Below are positions 12,300 through 23,541 of a stretch of DNA of 52,965 bases, piece after piece. The DNA comes from Octopus bimaculoides. Lineage: Eukaryota. A model generated the notes under the pieces. That model made no database searches, was not told where the DNA came from, and saw only the letters and a program-made list of their open reading frames with translations. The stretch lies in contig NC_068988.1 of assembly GCF_001194135.2 (NCBI RefSeq), positions 37,263,291 through 37,316,255 on the forward strand, given 5' to 3'. The translations under genes and the position numbers were made by a program. The first letter of the stretch is position 1, and every line of letters begins with the position of its first letter.

Positions 12300-14050
12300 T
12301 GTCAGAGAAGCAGTAGGAAAATCTTTAAAACAAGTGGAAAGAAGTCCTGGAATATCCTCACAAATTCCCGGCATTACGCACTCTGCCGTCTAACTAATAA
12401 CGATTCTATTGTTATGAAAATGGCGGAAAAGGAAGGCGCTGTTGTGATTATGGACAAAAGTGAGTGAAGAAGTTTTAAGTGACAAAATTTCATATGAAGA
12501 ATTGCCTGTCGATCCAAACCCCAATTACAGAGAGGAACTTGACAAAATAATTCTGTAAATGGAGGAAAACAATTTTATTAATAAGGCCGAATCCAGGATT
12601 TTACGGTCAGAAAGAACACCTGTATTTTATGGTCTCCCTAAAATACACAAGAAGTTCGAAAGATTTCCTCCAAAGCGCCCAATTTGCAGCGGATATAAAT
12701 ATTGTACTGCCAAAATTTCGCAGTAGCTTGATGGTTTTCTACTCCCTGTCGCAAAAGGATGAAGCCCCTATATTCGGGATACTTTTGATTTTGTGTCTAA
12801 AATCAACAACTTTTTTATGCACTGAAGCCATGTCGGAAACTGTTTTTTGGTAACCATGGATGTTTCCTCCTTATATCTTAATATTGACCACGATGAAGGG
12901 TTAGAAGTATGCATGAATGCCTTCGATAAACGGTCAAACAAATGTATTCCATCAAATTGTCTCTGTAGGTTATTGAGGTTTGTGTTACAAAGTAGCACAA
13001 TGAAGTTTGAACAAAAATCTTACCACCAGAGGAGAATTTGCGCTATGGGTACCCACATGTCAATTAATTTCGCTAATGTGTTCACGACGAAATTCGAGAC
13101 ACTGTTGCTGAAGACATTCAAATCCATACATGGTCATAAACCAATAGTCTAGTTACGGTTCATTGATGACGTTTTTTGGGGTCTGGGAAGGATCACAAGA
13201 TAGTTTAATTGACTTCTTGCATTTCTGTGGCTGTTATGCTAAAACCTATGGCTTTAAGTCCAACATAAAATTTACGTTTAATTTTGCAAGAACTAACGTT
13301 GAATTTTTGGACGCAAAAGTTAGGTTTTCTGGACACAGAATAGCGACTGAGTTATTTTACAAGCCCACGCCATCCCACATTTACCTCCACCGTCGCTCGG
13401 TTCATTTACATCATATAATTCTGTCAAATCCGAAATCCCAATCTTTTTAGAATAAAACCTATTTGTAATGATATAGGGGATTCCTGGAAACATGCAAACG
13501 TTTTTGTACATCATTACGTCAAACGCGGTTACAGTAAATCGCGATTAAAAGAAATAGCAAATGACATAATTTTAGTAAATTATGTGATACAATTCCATTA
13601 TTAGTTGACTAGCACCGAAATTTCGCTGGTATTTCATAAGTGTTGCATTAAAATTACCAGCATGTTGTGGGAAAATATCCTCGTTTCAAACAAATATTTC
13701 CTCAGCCGCCTATTGAAGCCTTTAGACGGAATAAAAATATAAGAGAACTATTAACCTCTGCTTTCTGACTCCAAGAAAACTAATATTAGAGTATCTGCAC
13801 ACCGTATCTTGAAAAACAGCCACAAGTGAGGTAAGTCCTGTTCATTGTGCAACAACATGAGTCAAGTGAATACCATCAGGAATCATAACAGGAATCATAA
13901 CAGTATGTACAAACGGGAGGCATGGAATTGGTTACCTCGTGTTTATATATTTTAGTCTTGGGTGTACATGTTGATAACGACTTCACCTTGCAAATTATCT
14001 TAAATTGCTAAAACAAGTCAGAAACCAATTGGTCCAGGAAAGATATGGTA
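12300..14050 (+). mobile_element. Decayed Penelope-like retroelement (RT plus Cys-rich linker; GIY-YIG region degraded), Neptune-like
   Basis: Ordered PLE RT motifs across frameshifts: IVMKMAEKEGAVVIMDK (ADKG-like), FYGLPKIHK (12624), PPKRPICS, VTMDVSSLYLNI, AMGTHMSINFANVF, LRFIDDVF (13152), VEFLD, LFYKPT..YLH, RRNKNIRELL, then K*GKSCSLC. Multiple TAA/TAG stops and indels. Confidence 0.9.
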
Positions 14051-14699
14051 AAAGTTTTTTATTTTTCATTTCGTTCCTTTCTGGATTTTATCCCTAATTT
14101 TGTGGTTCTAGTTCTAGAACCTAGCAGTTCTTTCTATCGTAAGGAATCCCATGAGTGGATTCCTCTTATGTATGTATATATATATATATNNNNNNNNNNN
14201 NNNNNNNNNNNNNNNNNNNNNNNNNNNNNNNNNNNNNNNNNATATATGTATATGAATAAGTAACATGTCTCAAATGAGATTAATGACTTAAACATGAGTA
14301 CAGCTCAACACGACGAAGTTTGTGATATCAATATTACAATCGGCGGGCAATCGCTTCTATTATATTCAAGCAATTCGTTAATAACACAGGTAAAATGAAA
14401 TAAATATTGAATGTCTATTCCTCTGATGTTGATGATATGAAGCTCATCATAAGACAATATTAACATTTCTAAAATTCGCACCATAAGACAATATGATACT
14501 TTTGAAAATGTGCTCATCAATCAATTTAATGTAGGATCTAACAAATATTTTAACAAATGAATTTTAAAAGCTTTCAGTTAAACACAGATAGAAATCGTAT
14601 ACAATCGACTTAAAACATGTTTGTATTTTTAGATGCAAGTAAAAGAAGGATGTTATAGAAGTTAGGCTAAGATTGTTAAAAACATACATTTTCGCTATA

Positions 14700-15122
14700 A
14701 AAATCACAGTTTTAGAAAACACAGATATATACAAGGCAATCAACGCTAACCTGCAAGATCTTAGCAGAAATAAATATCAGCTTTCGGTATGCTACAAGAT
14801 CATAAATCAATTTCAATGACAACTTGCTGAAGAGAGAATGTATCTTGCAAGATGTAATTGGTACACATTTAGTGAAGGAATCGTGCAATAATCTACAAAT
14901 TTGAATTCCTGGAAGACGCCTACAAAGTTCTGAGTGCACCTCGCTGACGCCGAAAAGAAAGAATAACGCAAAACAGCAAACCTTCCAAAATACATTAAAA
15001 AATGGATCTCCTCATGTCATCGGTATTTTGCCTAAGATATCGGCGGCGAAATAAGAATTACACAAAGGAATTCAAAATTCAACCAGATTTACAGAGATTA
15101 ACAAGGAGGCAGATAATCACTA
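14700..15122 (+). mobile_element. Possible decayed APE-endonuclease region of an RTE-like LINE
   Basis: One frame reads INFNDNLLKRECILQDVIGTHLVKESCNNLQI*...TFQNTLKNGSPHVIG...EINKEADNH with 2 stops in ~105 codons, echoing the GDFNA...VIG..NxNG...TW...IDY...SDH order of RTE endonucleases. Weak match. Confidence 0.3.
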
Positions 15123-15750
15123 AAAAGAGAAAGATGTACTCAAATGTGACAACAAAAGAATAATAATATTAGCGACCAGTCTATATATCCCGCCATATGT
15201 GTAAGCATATACGTCTTTATTTATTTGTTTGTTTGTTTTTGTGTGTATGTGTGTACGTGTGTGTGTGTATGTGTTTGTGCATCCTTTTTTGTCTTTTTGT
15301 TTGCACATGTGTGGTAAATTAAGTCTATTATTTTGAAGCAAATTTGTGATTAACAATTGAAAATTAGTTGATGGGCGCGTGGTCAATATTGTAAACAGAG
15401 TCAAATTTGATAAACAGTCTGTTTTTTTTTGTTTTTTGTTTTTGTTTTACTAGAACTTTAAATTTTGCCTGACAGCTTTGTTTAAATAAGTTACAACATT
15501 GTTTAAATAAGTCACCAGGATAAATTTGAAGAACTAGATAAAATGAATTGTAATAAATGTATATGTATGTGTATATGCATGTATGTACGTATGTATGCAT
15601 GTGTGTATGTATATACAGATAAATATATATATATATATATATATANNNNNNNNNNNNNNNNNNNNNNNNNNNNNNNNNNNNNNNNNNNNNNNNNNNNNNN
15701 NNNNNNNNNNNNNNNNNNNNNNNNNNNNNNNNNNNNNNNNNNNNNNNNNN

Positions 15751-15833
<83 letters not shown>

Positions 15834-16324
15834 TGTGTGTGTATGCTGTTAAAGTAAAGTACTCACGTCATAGCTATTATTTCAGTGTTTGTTTTATGTC
15901 AAGTAATTCATAAGTCCGATAGAGGCGAAAGGGCCAAAATTTTGAAGTCTGTGCCTTTCGTCTCCTACTAAAATGTTAATGAAAATGTATTCTACTAAAA
16001 ATATTGTGTAATTCTTCAGTTAAATACTAAATCGTTTATATATATATAAATAGAGAAACATAAACATATATACGCATATATACGTATGTGTGTGTATTAT
16101 CCATACATGCTTCTGTCGCTAGTAATTATATGTATACGTATATGTAAAAATTCAGGGTACGATAAGTACCTGTTTGCTTGAAAGGGAAGTTTAAAACCTC
16201 CAGAACCACGCTTCTCTTACGAATATGTAAGCATACCCGGAGAATATAGCGAATATATTTCTCCGAAACAGTCCTTCCACTTGTAAGCTATATATAGTAA
16301 AATACAAATAAGATCATAGACACT

Positions 16325-16390
16325 GTGGTATCGATTGATTTCGCCTTGTGTGTGGTACCAACACTTAAAGCTCGTCAGTCAAACTTACAG
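16325..16390 (-). ncRNA. Candidate type-I hammerhead ribozyme motif
   Basis: Minus strand: CUGACGA-GCUUU aa GUG u UG(GUAC)CA CAC ac AAGGC-GAAA-UC(AAUC)GA-U-A. Conserved core, stem II and stem III are present; stem I pairs poorly. Confidence 0.4.
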
Positions 16391-16596
16391 CATTAACTCT
16401 TTCAAAAAACATATTTACTACTCTATGCGCGTTGTTCCCTAAACTCCCCACCTGTGACCTTCAAACGAACGTTAGTGAGTAAGTAAAAATTTTACAATTC
16501 AAATAACGTATCATTATCTGTAAAAATAATGATCAAATTGCAAGCAAACATTATTCAAATAAGCAAAATATATAATAATAATAAGCCAGGATATGA

Positions 16597-17730
16597 TAAG
16601 TCACTGGACAGATAGTCCTGTTAAGTTGCTTGGAGTTTGGTTTGGACCGGATTCCCAGAAGGAGAATTGGAGCGAGGTGGAAGACAGGGTAAAGGCCCTA
16701 GTCCGGACCTGGTCCGGAAGGTCTCTGTCCCTGAAAGGAAGGGCGGAGGTGGTACAGGTGTTTATTGCATCTGTCATCACCTAACGCCTGACCGTTGTCC
16801 CTTGCCCCAACTCGTAGCTGAACAAGTTGGAGCTACTCCTCTTCCGCGTACTGTGGAAGGGGGAAAAGCCACTTGTGAGACGCTCTGTTTGCTGCCAGAA
16901 ACTGCTAGAGGATGAGTTAGAGATGCCCTGGTTGATGATGCGCAGACATGCGTTGAGGCTGAGGCATCTCTGGTGCTACCTGGAGGGGGATAAGGTGTGG
17001 AATCCGCTGGCAGAAGAATTCGTTCCGCGAATAGCCTCTTTGGAGCGATTTAAACCCGGTTTCATTAAAAGACGTACTCTGACTGAATGGCAAAAGGAGT
17101 GTCGACACGCACTCGTGCTTATCCACAAGACGGGCAATGCCGGCAGTGGGAATACCACCTCGGTTTTGTATACAGGGCTGGTAGAGCATAAAAACGACGA
17201 CGACCTAGGAGGGGCTCTGGGGTTCGACGAGAACCAACTTGCCAACCTGTTTCGAAAAACTTTCGGGCCAGGGTATTTGGATAATTACCAAAAATCTCTG
17301 ACCTGGTAGTGCTACTGGAACGCTTTACCTGTTCGCGATAAGTTATCCAGGCACAAAATGTCAGTGCCAACGACATGTCCAAGATGTGGGCTGGACGATG
17401 AAACCGTCCAGCACACTTTTCTACATTGTCGGCAGCTGTCAGACTTGGTGATTTATGTCGAACACGTGTTTTTGCATCTGGGAAGAGTACAGCTATCGGC
17501 TGAATCTATAATAAAGATTATACCACCGACTGCACTCTGTAAGAAAGGTGAGGTATATTTTATTGTGTACAGTTGCTGTGCTTAAAGAATGTATGTGGAA
17601 GACTAGAATGCAAGGGCTCGTGACAGGATCTTTCATCTCTGGCCCTGGTTTGCTACAATACTTCAGATATCATCTGAAGAGCAAGATAGAGCTGGAGAAG
17701 AGAATCCTGTCGCGAAATGTGTTTGAGTAA
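16597..17730 (+). mobile_element. 5'-truncated L1-clade (Tx1-like) LINE: RT C-terminus and CCHC zinc knuckle, pseudogenised
   Basis: KLLGVWFG...WSGRSLSLKGRAEVVQVFIASVI, LFRVLWKG, MPWLMMRRHALRLRHL, LPVRDKL, CPRCGLDDETVQHTFLHC (zf-RVT-like). About 4 stops or frameshifts; visibly GC-richer than the flanks. Confidence 0.88.
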
Positions 17731-18000
17731 TGATGAAAGGCTGTGTTAAGAAAGGTGGGTGCTAATAACCCTACTTAGTCTGCATTGGGAGAAACAAAAA
17801 GGAGATGGGTAGCCGCTGGGCCTTTTAGGCAACAGGCATAATCCCCTCCCCAAAAAGAAAAAAAAGACTATATAATATAAAATGCTGTTCATTAAAATTT
17901 TTAAATAGGGCTCATTCGAACTCGCATTAACTTCGTTTGTATGTGTTGTCCCGTGCTGTATCATCTATATGTAGCATTATTGGCTTTATAAAAAAATCAG

Positions 18001-18075
18001 CTAGCAAGCCATGCTACTCGAAACTGATGATGAGCAATGACTCTGAAACTAGTCTCTGGATGCTGGCTTTGCTGG
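18001..18075 (+). ncRNA. Candidate minimal hammerhead motif of the Penelope-associated type
   Basis: CUGAUGA-U-GAG(CAAUGA)CUC-U-GAAAC-UA-GUC. Palindromic stem III (ACUAGU), GUC cleavage triplet at 18052-18054. Outer stem I agcaagcca/tggctttgct pairs; inner stem I is degenerate. Confidence 0.4.
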
Positions 18076-18955
18076 GTAGAGGTGGTTATCCCCCCTTTGA
18101 AAACATAAGGACACAGAACATGTGTCATGGCCAACAGGGTACGGTGTTTCCGAGGGCTAAATAGCAGTAGCATTCTTCTCTTTCATGGGACTGCCATATC
18201 AAGCTGGCAACATACCATCACTATATATATATATATATATGTATGTATGTGTATGTATGTGCAATCTATCGTTCACAGAAGTGGTTCTATGAATCCTCTC
18301 ATAAGTAACTATTGAATTATATTTAATCTAGTTCTCTTTCTCTTTCTCTATACAGAACACACGCCTACACGTGAACATCAAACATATACGCATACACCCA
18401 TGCATACACACTTACAACTACTCACACACACACGCGCGCACACACGCACACACACACACACGCACGTACACACACACACACACACACACACATACACACA
18501 CAATACACACAAGTATTTAGACGCACGTTACATTTTTTTAAAGATATTTTCTATTAAAATATAGTGCCTTTAGTATACTATACTTTGAATAATTTTATTC
18601 AATATAAGCATTCAATATGATTATTATATATTTCATTTCTTGAAGCTAGAAGCTAATATATAATCATGTGAAATTTTGTTATAGATTCACACACATGGAC
18701 ACATACACACATACACAAATACACACATACACACATACGCAGAAATATACTCACACACACACAAACATACAAACACACGCACGCATGTACACATAGATAT
18801 AAATAAACACAGAGATACACAATGTGTAAATATGTGTGTATGTACGCGCGTAAACATCAAACATACAAGTGTACACCTTCGTACTGACGTATCTAGATAT
18901 GTGTGTGTATGTGGTTGTGTGTGTGTGAGTGTGTGTGTTTCTCTCAGACGTTTAG

Positions 18956-18999
<44 letters not shown>

Positions 19000-19013
19000 A
19001 TGTATATGTATAT

Positions 19014-19600
19014 AGTACATTTGACTTGCTTCAGTCAACAGACAGTGTCCATGATGGGGCACCGCCTTGTTGTAGAATGTCTGTTTAGTCAAATATATTC
19101 ACCCCAATTTTCAATGTTTGCAAGCCTGGTACTTCATACGAACCGCTACGTTACAGGTACGTAAACGCACAAACACCACTTGAAGCGGTGGCGGTGACAA
19201 ACACTCACACACACAGACACACACACACACACACACCTATATATATATCCATATATANNNNNNNNNNNNNNNNNNNNNNNNNNNNNNNNNNNNNNNNNNN
19301 NNNNNNNNNNNNNNNNNNNNNNNNNNNNNNNNNNNNNNNNNNNNNNNNNNNNNNNNNNNNNNNNNNNNNNNNNNNNNNNNNNNNNNNNNNNNNNNNNNNN
19401 NNNNNNNNNNNNNNNNNNNNNNNNGTATATATATATACAAATGACTTCTTTCAGTTTTCGTCTACCAAATCCACTTAGAAGGCTTTGGTCGGCGTGCGGC
19501 TGTAGTAGAAGACACTTGCGTAAGGTACCTTACAGAGGAAATGAACCCGAAACCATGTGATCGGAAAGCAAAATTCTTATCACAGAATCACGCCTGCGTA
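19014..19600 (-). mobile_element. SINE family A copy with expanded internal microsatellite and gap (19258-19424)
   Basis: The 3' half (19014-19200) and tRNA-head half (19440-19600) flank the CA/TA tract in the same order as in 50204-50553. Confidence 0.75.
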
Positions 19601-19819
19601 AAGATACATACCCATACTTATATATGCAAGTACATATATAAAAGCCGGATTTTGTGCTTTAACAATATCACTTTGCAGCGAGATTGATATTCGGTTCAAT
19701 CTCAATGTGTTGCATAATTTGATTAATACCTTCTAAAATATTGTATGGTTGATGACTACTTTGCAATTTCTTGAATTTGGTGAAATGAAACTGTATAGAA
19801 GCCCGAAATATATGCATAC

Positions 19820-20182
19820 TTATCGACCCCGAAAGGATGAAAGGTAAAGTCGACCACGGCAGAATTTGAACTACATTCTGAGTTCAAATCCTGCCGAGAT
19901 CGACTTTGTCTTTCGTCCTTTCGGGGTCGATAAATTAAGTACCACTAATCGACTATTTCTCACCCCCAAATTTTCAGGCATTGTAGCTGTGGTAGAAGGG
20001 ATTATTATTATTATTAAGGTGGTGAGCTGACAGAATCTTTAGCATGCTAGACGAAATACTTAACAGTTTTTCATTCGTCTTTTCGTTCTGCGTTCAATTT
20101 CCGCCCCTCCCCTCAAGTTTCAGTCCTTGTGCCTATAGTAGAAAGGATTATTATTATTATTATTATTATGATTATTATCATT

Positions 20183-20238
<56 letters not shown>

Positions 20239-20390
20239 GGCAGCGGACTTGCAGAATCGTTAGCCCGCTGCGCGAGGTGCTTAACGGCATTTCTTTCGTC
20301 TTTTCGTTCTGAGTTCAATTTCCGCCGAGGTCAACTTCGACTTTCATCCTTTCAGGTTCGATGAAATAAGTACCAGTTGATCACTGGCTT
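19820..20390 (+). mobile_element. Cluster of SINE family B copies: one inverted fragment (19820-19872, minus), then three plus-strand copies (19881-19995, 20018-20150, 20238-20390)
   Basis: Repeated ggtgagctggcagaatcgttagc...ctgagttcaaattccgccgaggtcgactttgcctttcatcctttcggggtcgataaa, each ending in (ATT)n tails. Confidence 0.85.
20149..20236. repeat. (ATT)n microsatellite (SINE tail)
   Basis: Direct reading. Confidence 0.95.
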
Positions 20391-20524
20391 GATTGAAGCA
20401 CTTGGCAGCTTAGCCTTCATCGTAGTATTCGATAAACGCAAAGCAGTCTGAAACTCCGAAGTCACTGTTAACCCTATTCTTGTTAAAGTATAACAAATAT
20501 GTACTCTAGAAAAAGTATTGAGTA

Positions 20525-20650
20525 CATATGCATACATACATGCATATACACATACATGCATATACACATACATGCATATACACATACATGCATATACACA
20601 TACATGCATATACACATACATGCATATACACATACATGCATACATACCAA
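20525..20650. repeat. 16-bp minisatellite (tatacacatacatgca) x ~7
   Basis: Tandem near-perfect 16-mers. Confidence 0.9.
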
Positions 20651-20949
20651 CATGCATACAAACAAAAATACCCTGTTGTTGATGTAATTCCAGTGAAGAA
20701 GCCTTGGATCTAGGTTAGAAACTAGTTCTTTCTCTATTGGCAAGAAATCGTAAAATAAACTAAATAATGACATACATACATTCATACATACATACATACA
20801 TGCACACACATGCATACATACATACATACACACATACACACACACACACACACATACATACATACATACATACATACATACATACATACATACATACATG
20901 TAAGTGTTTATGTTTGTGTATCACAAAAGTCGTATATAAGTGTGTGTGT

Positions 20950-22293
20950 TTGTGTATCACAAAAGTCACCTAGGGATTTTAAAATGTTTTTGTTTTTGTT
21001 TTTTTGTTTTTTTTGTGTTTTTGTTTTTTGTTTTTTGTGTTTTTGTTTTTTGTTTTTTTTGTTTTTTTGTTTTTTTCAGTAATTAGATTAAGATGAGGAT
21101 ATTACCCATGGTTAAATTCACAACTGAACAAAGAACCAAAATTGTGGAATTGTATTCTAGATTTAACCAATCGATCATTTATACCCAAGGATTATACCGC
21201 CGACTATTCAGTACCTGAAAACCACCACCAGATTTCATGATTCGTCGGTTGATTCAAAACTTTAGGTAGTTTGGTTTGGTAAGTGACTTATCACGAAGTG
21301 GAAGACCACATATAGTCCGTTCGCATATGAAACGTGTACGTGTGCGAGACAGTATTGAACATAACCCAAAAACATCGATTTGCAGATGTTCTAACCAGTT
21401 GAGGTTGTCCCGGAAGTCCTTGCATCGCATACGAAAATACGAATAGCAGCCGCATCGATACAAAGTACAAATGTTACAGAAGTTAAGCCGACAGGTCATC
21501 AAAAACGCTTAGATTATTCGGTCTAGACTCAGAGGCTGGCTGCTGAAGAAAACGAATTTGTTCATAAAGTAATTATGAGTGATGAAGCTCATTTCCATTT
21601 AGACAGTGTAGCAGAAGAGTCGGATCTGGAGATGAGAGGATTATAATTGCATACACCATTGCTAGTAGCATCCACTCAAATACACAGTCTGTTGCGGCGT
21701 AATGTGAGATAGGATCACTGGATTTTAGTTTTTGAAAATGAAAAATGCAACGCAATCACATTAACTGGTGAGCGAAAGCGAATCATGATCAAGATTTTGG
21801 GGCTCAGCAGTATAGAACAAGCCTGAGGTATGGTATCAAAAAAATGGAACCACTGCTCACATGACCTGGACAGTTATAAAGTTTCTAAGGCAAACTTCTT
21901 AAGCAACGACTAATTTTGAGAAATTCCGAAATCTGTTGGTAAACACGTTCTCTTGATCTGACGGCTCCCGATTATTTTTTTTGTTGGAGTGGAGGTTACC
22001 TTATGCAAGTGTATACATCAATAAATTCCCAAGCAAATCAACAACTCAAAGATAACATTTGTACAGTAATACAAGGGGTAAAGCCAGAGATATTAATCCA
22101 TTGTTAAGGAGAATGCTATCGAAAGAGCGCATCTGTGTGATGTTGGACGAGATTGACGTCAGATAATTTTATATAATTAAATGAGAATATATTTTCTACG
22201 TCTAAATTTATATTCTTTATAAAACAATTTTTGAATACTAAAAAATGTGGAAATTATATCTTTAAATCACTAGGTGACTTTAGAGACGCTCTG
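20950..22293 (+). mobile_element. Decayed full-length Tc1/mariner transposon, DD41D (rosa/Visitor-like)
   Basis: Transposase remnants: MVKFTTEQRTKIVELY (ATG 21108), SDEAHFHLD, FENE, WYQKNGTTAH, RSLDLTAPDY. About 41 residues between the 2nd and 3rd catalytic positions after correcting one frameshift. TIRs aaaagtcacctagggattttaaa (20961-20983) and tttaaatcactaggtgacttta (22261-22282); ends ...ctctg|TA. Length ~1.34 kb. Confidence 0.8.
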
Positions 22294-22676
22294 TATATAC
22301 AAAGCACACAACAAATATTCTGTTGACCACAGACAATTTCTGATTTTTTTTTCTTAGTTCATAATTGTTGTCATAGTTTGTAGTTTTTATTCTAGCGCTA
22401 GTAATCTTTCTACCTATATGGTTAGGAAAGACGAAGATTTGGTTACTATTTCTAACAGGTGAGGGAAACATATCGAAGCTTTTATGTTGTCCCAGACGTC
22501 ATTATCGGGTCGTGTATACTAGAGTATATCTGAAACTTTATATGGTAAAGCGGATCAGGCTGAATCATAGCCTTTCATTTTGATCTTCATATATCCGCTC
22601 TTTCAAATACGTACATCTAATATACATCTCTAGATGAAAACAACTACATTTACACACACCTATATACTTACATTCA

Positions 22677-22707
<31 letters not shown>

Positions 22708-22949
22708 CATACATACAAACATACATACATACACACACACACATATACATACATACATACATATATTCATACCTAAATCTTCGAAACGCTTANNNNNNNN
22801 NNNNNNNNNNNNNNNNNNNNNNNNNNNNNNNNNNNNNNNNNNNNNNNNNNNNNNNNNNNNNNNNNNNNNNNNNNNNNNNNNNNNNNNNNNNNNNNNNNNN
22901 NNNNNNNNNNNNNNNNNNNNNNNNNNNNNNNNNNNNNNNNNNNNNNNNN

Positions 22950-22995
<46 letters not shown>

Positions 22996-23494
22996 ACATA
23001 TATTCATGTATATCTATATATTTGTATGTGTGTGTGTGTTTATGTATGTAAGTATGTATGCATCTTAGTACCTATATATGTAAATCAATTTCAGAATTGC
23101 CGTCTATAGATTACTTGTATATTATTTGGATGTAAATCAGAATGACGTTAGAATAAAAATTCTATTATAGTTCTGATCTGCAAGCTAAAAGCGTACTGAA
23201 AACTGGCTTAAATTTGTCTGCAAAGTTTCACCATCAAAATTAAGTGATGCAATTAAGTTTTGAATGAATTTAAAGTAAAGTAAAATGAAGGAATAATTTT
23301 AAGTAATATCTAAAATTAATATTGTGTTCATTATTGTTGTTGTTCTTTAAATATCATCATCATCATCGTCATCATCATCATTATTTTTATTATCATTATT
23401 ATTGTTATTACTATTATTAATATTTTGTTGTGTTTGTTACTCTCTTCATTGTGGTTATCATTTGGAACTCAATATCTCTCTATCTAGGTGCATT

Positions 23495-23541
<47 letters not shown>

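Noticed and set aside
12300-14050. PLE as a selenoprotein-encoding (UGA-recoded, Naiad-type) element
   Set aside because: Interruptions include TAA, TAG and frameshifts, so ordinary decay explains them; the domain order is RT then Cys-linker.
15920-15967. 13-bp imperfect hairpin tagaggcgaaagg/cctttcgtctccta
   Set aside because: Short and imperfect, with no Helitron CTRR end or other context to assign a function.
16238-16275. Plus-strand stem ggagaatata..tatatttctcc followed by GAAACAGTC
   Set aside because: Resembles hammerhead stem II/III but lacks the CUGANGA half of the core.
20685-20735. gtgaagaagccttggatctaggttagaaactagtt as a minimal hammerhead
   Set aside because: C3 is replaced by G, there is an extra A before GAAA and no stem I; at most a dead relic.
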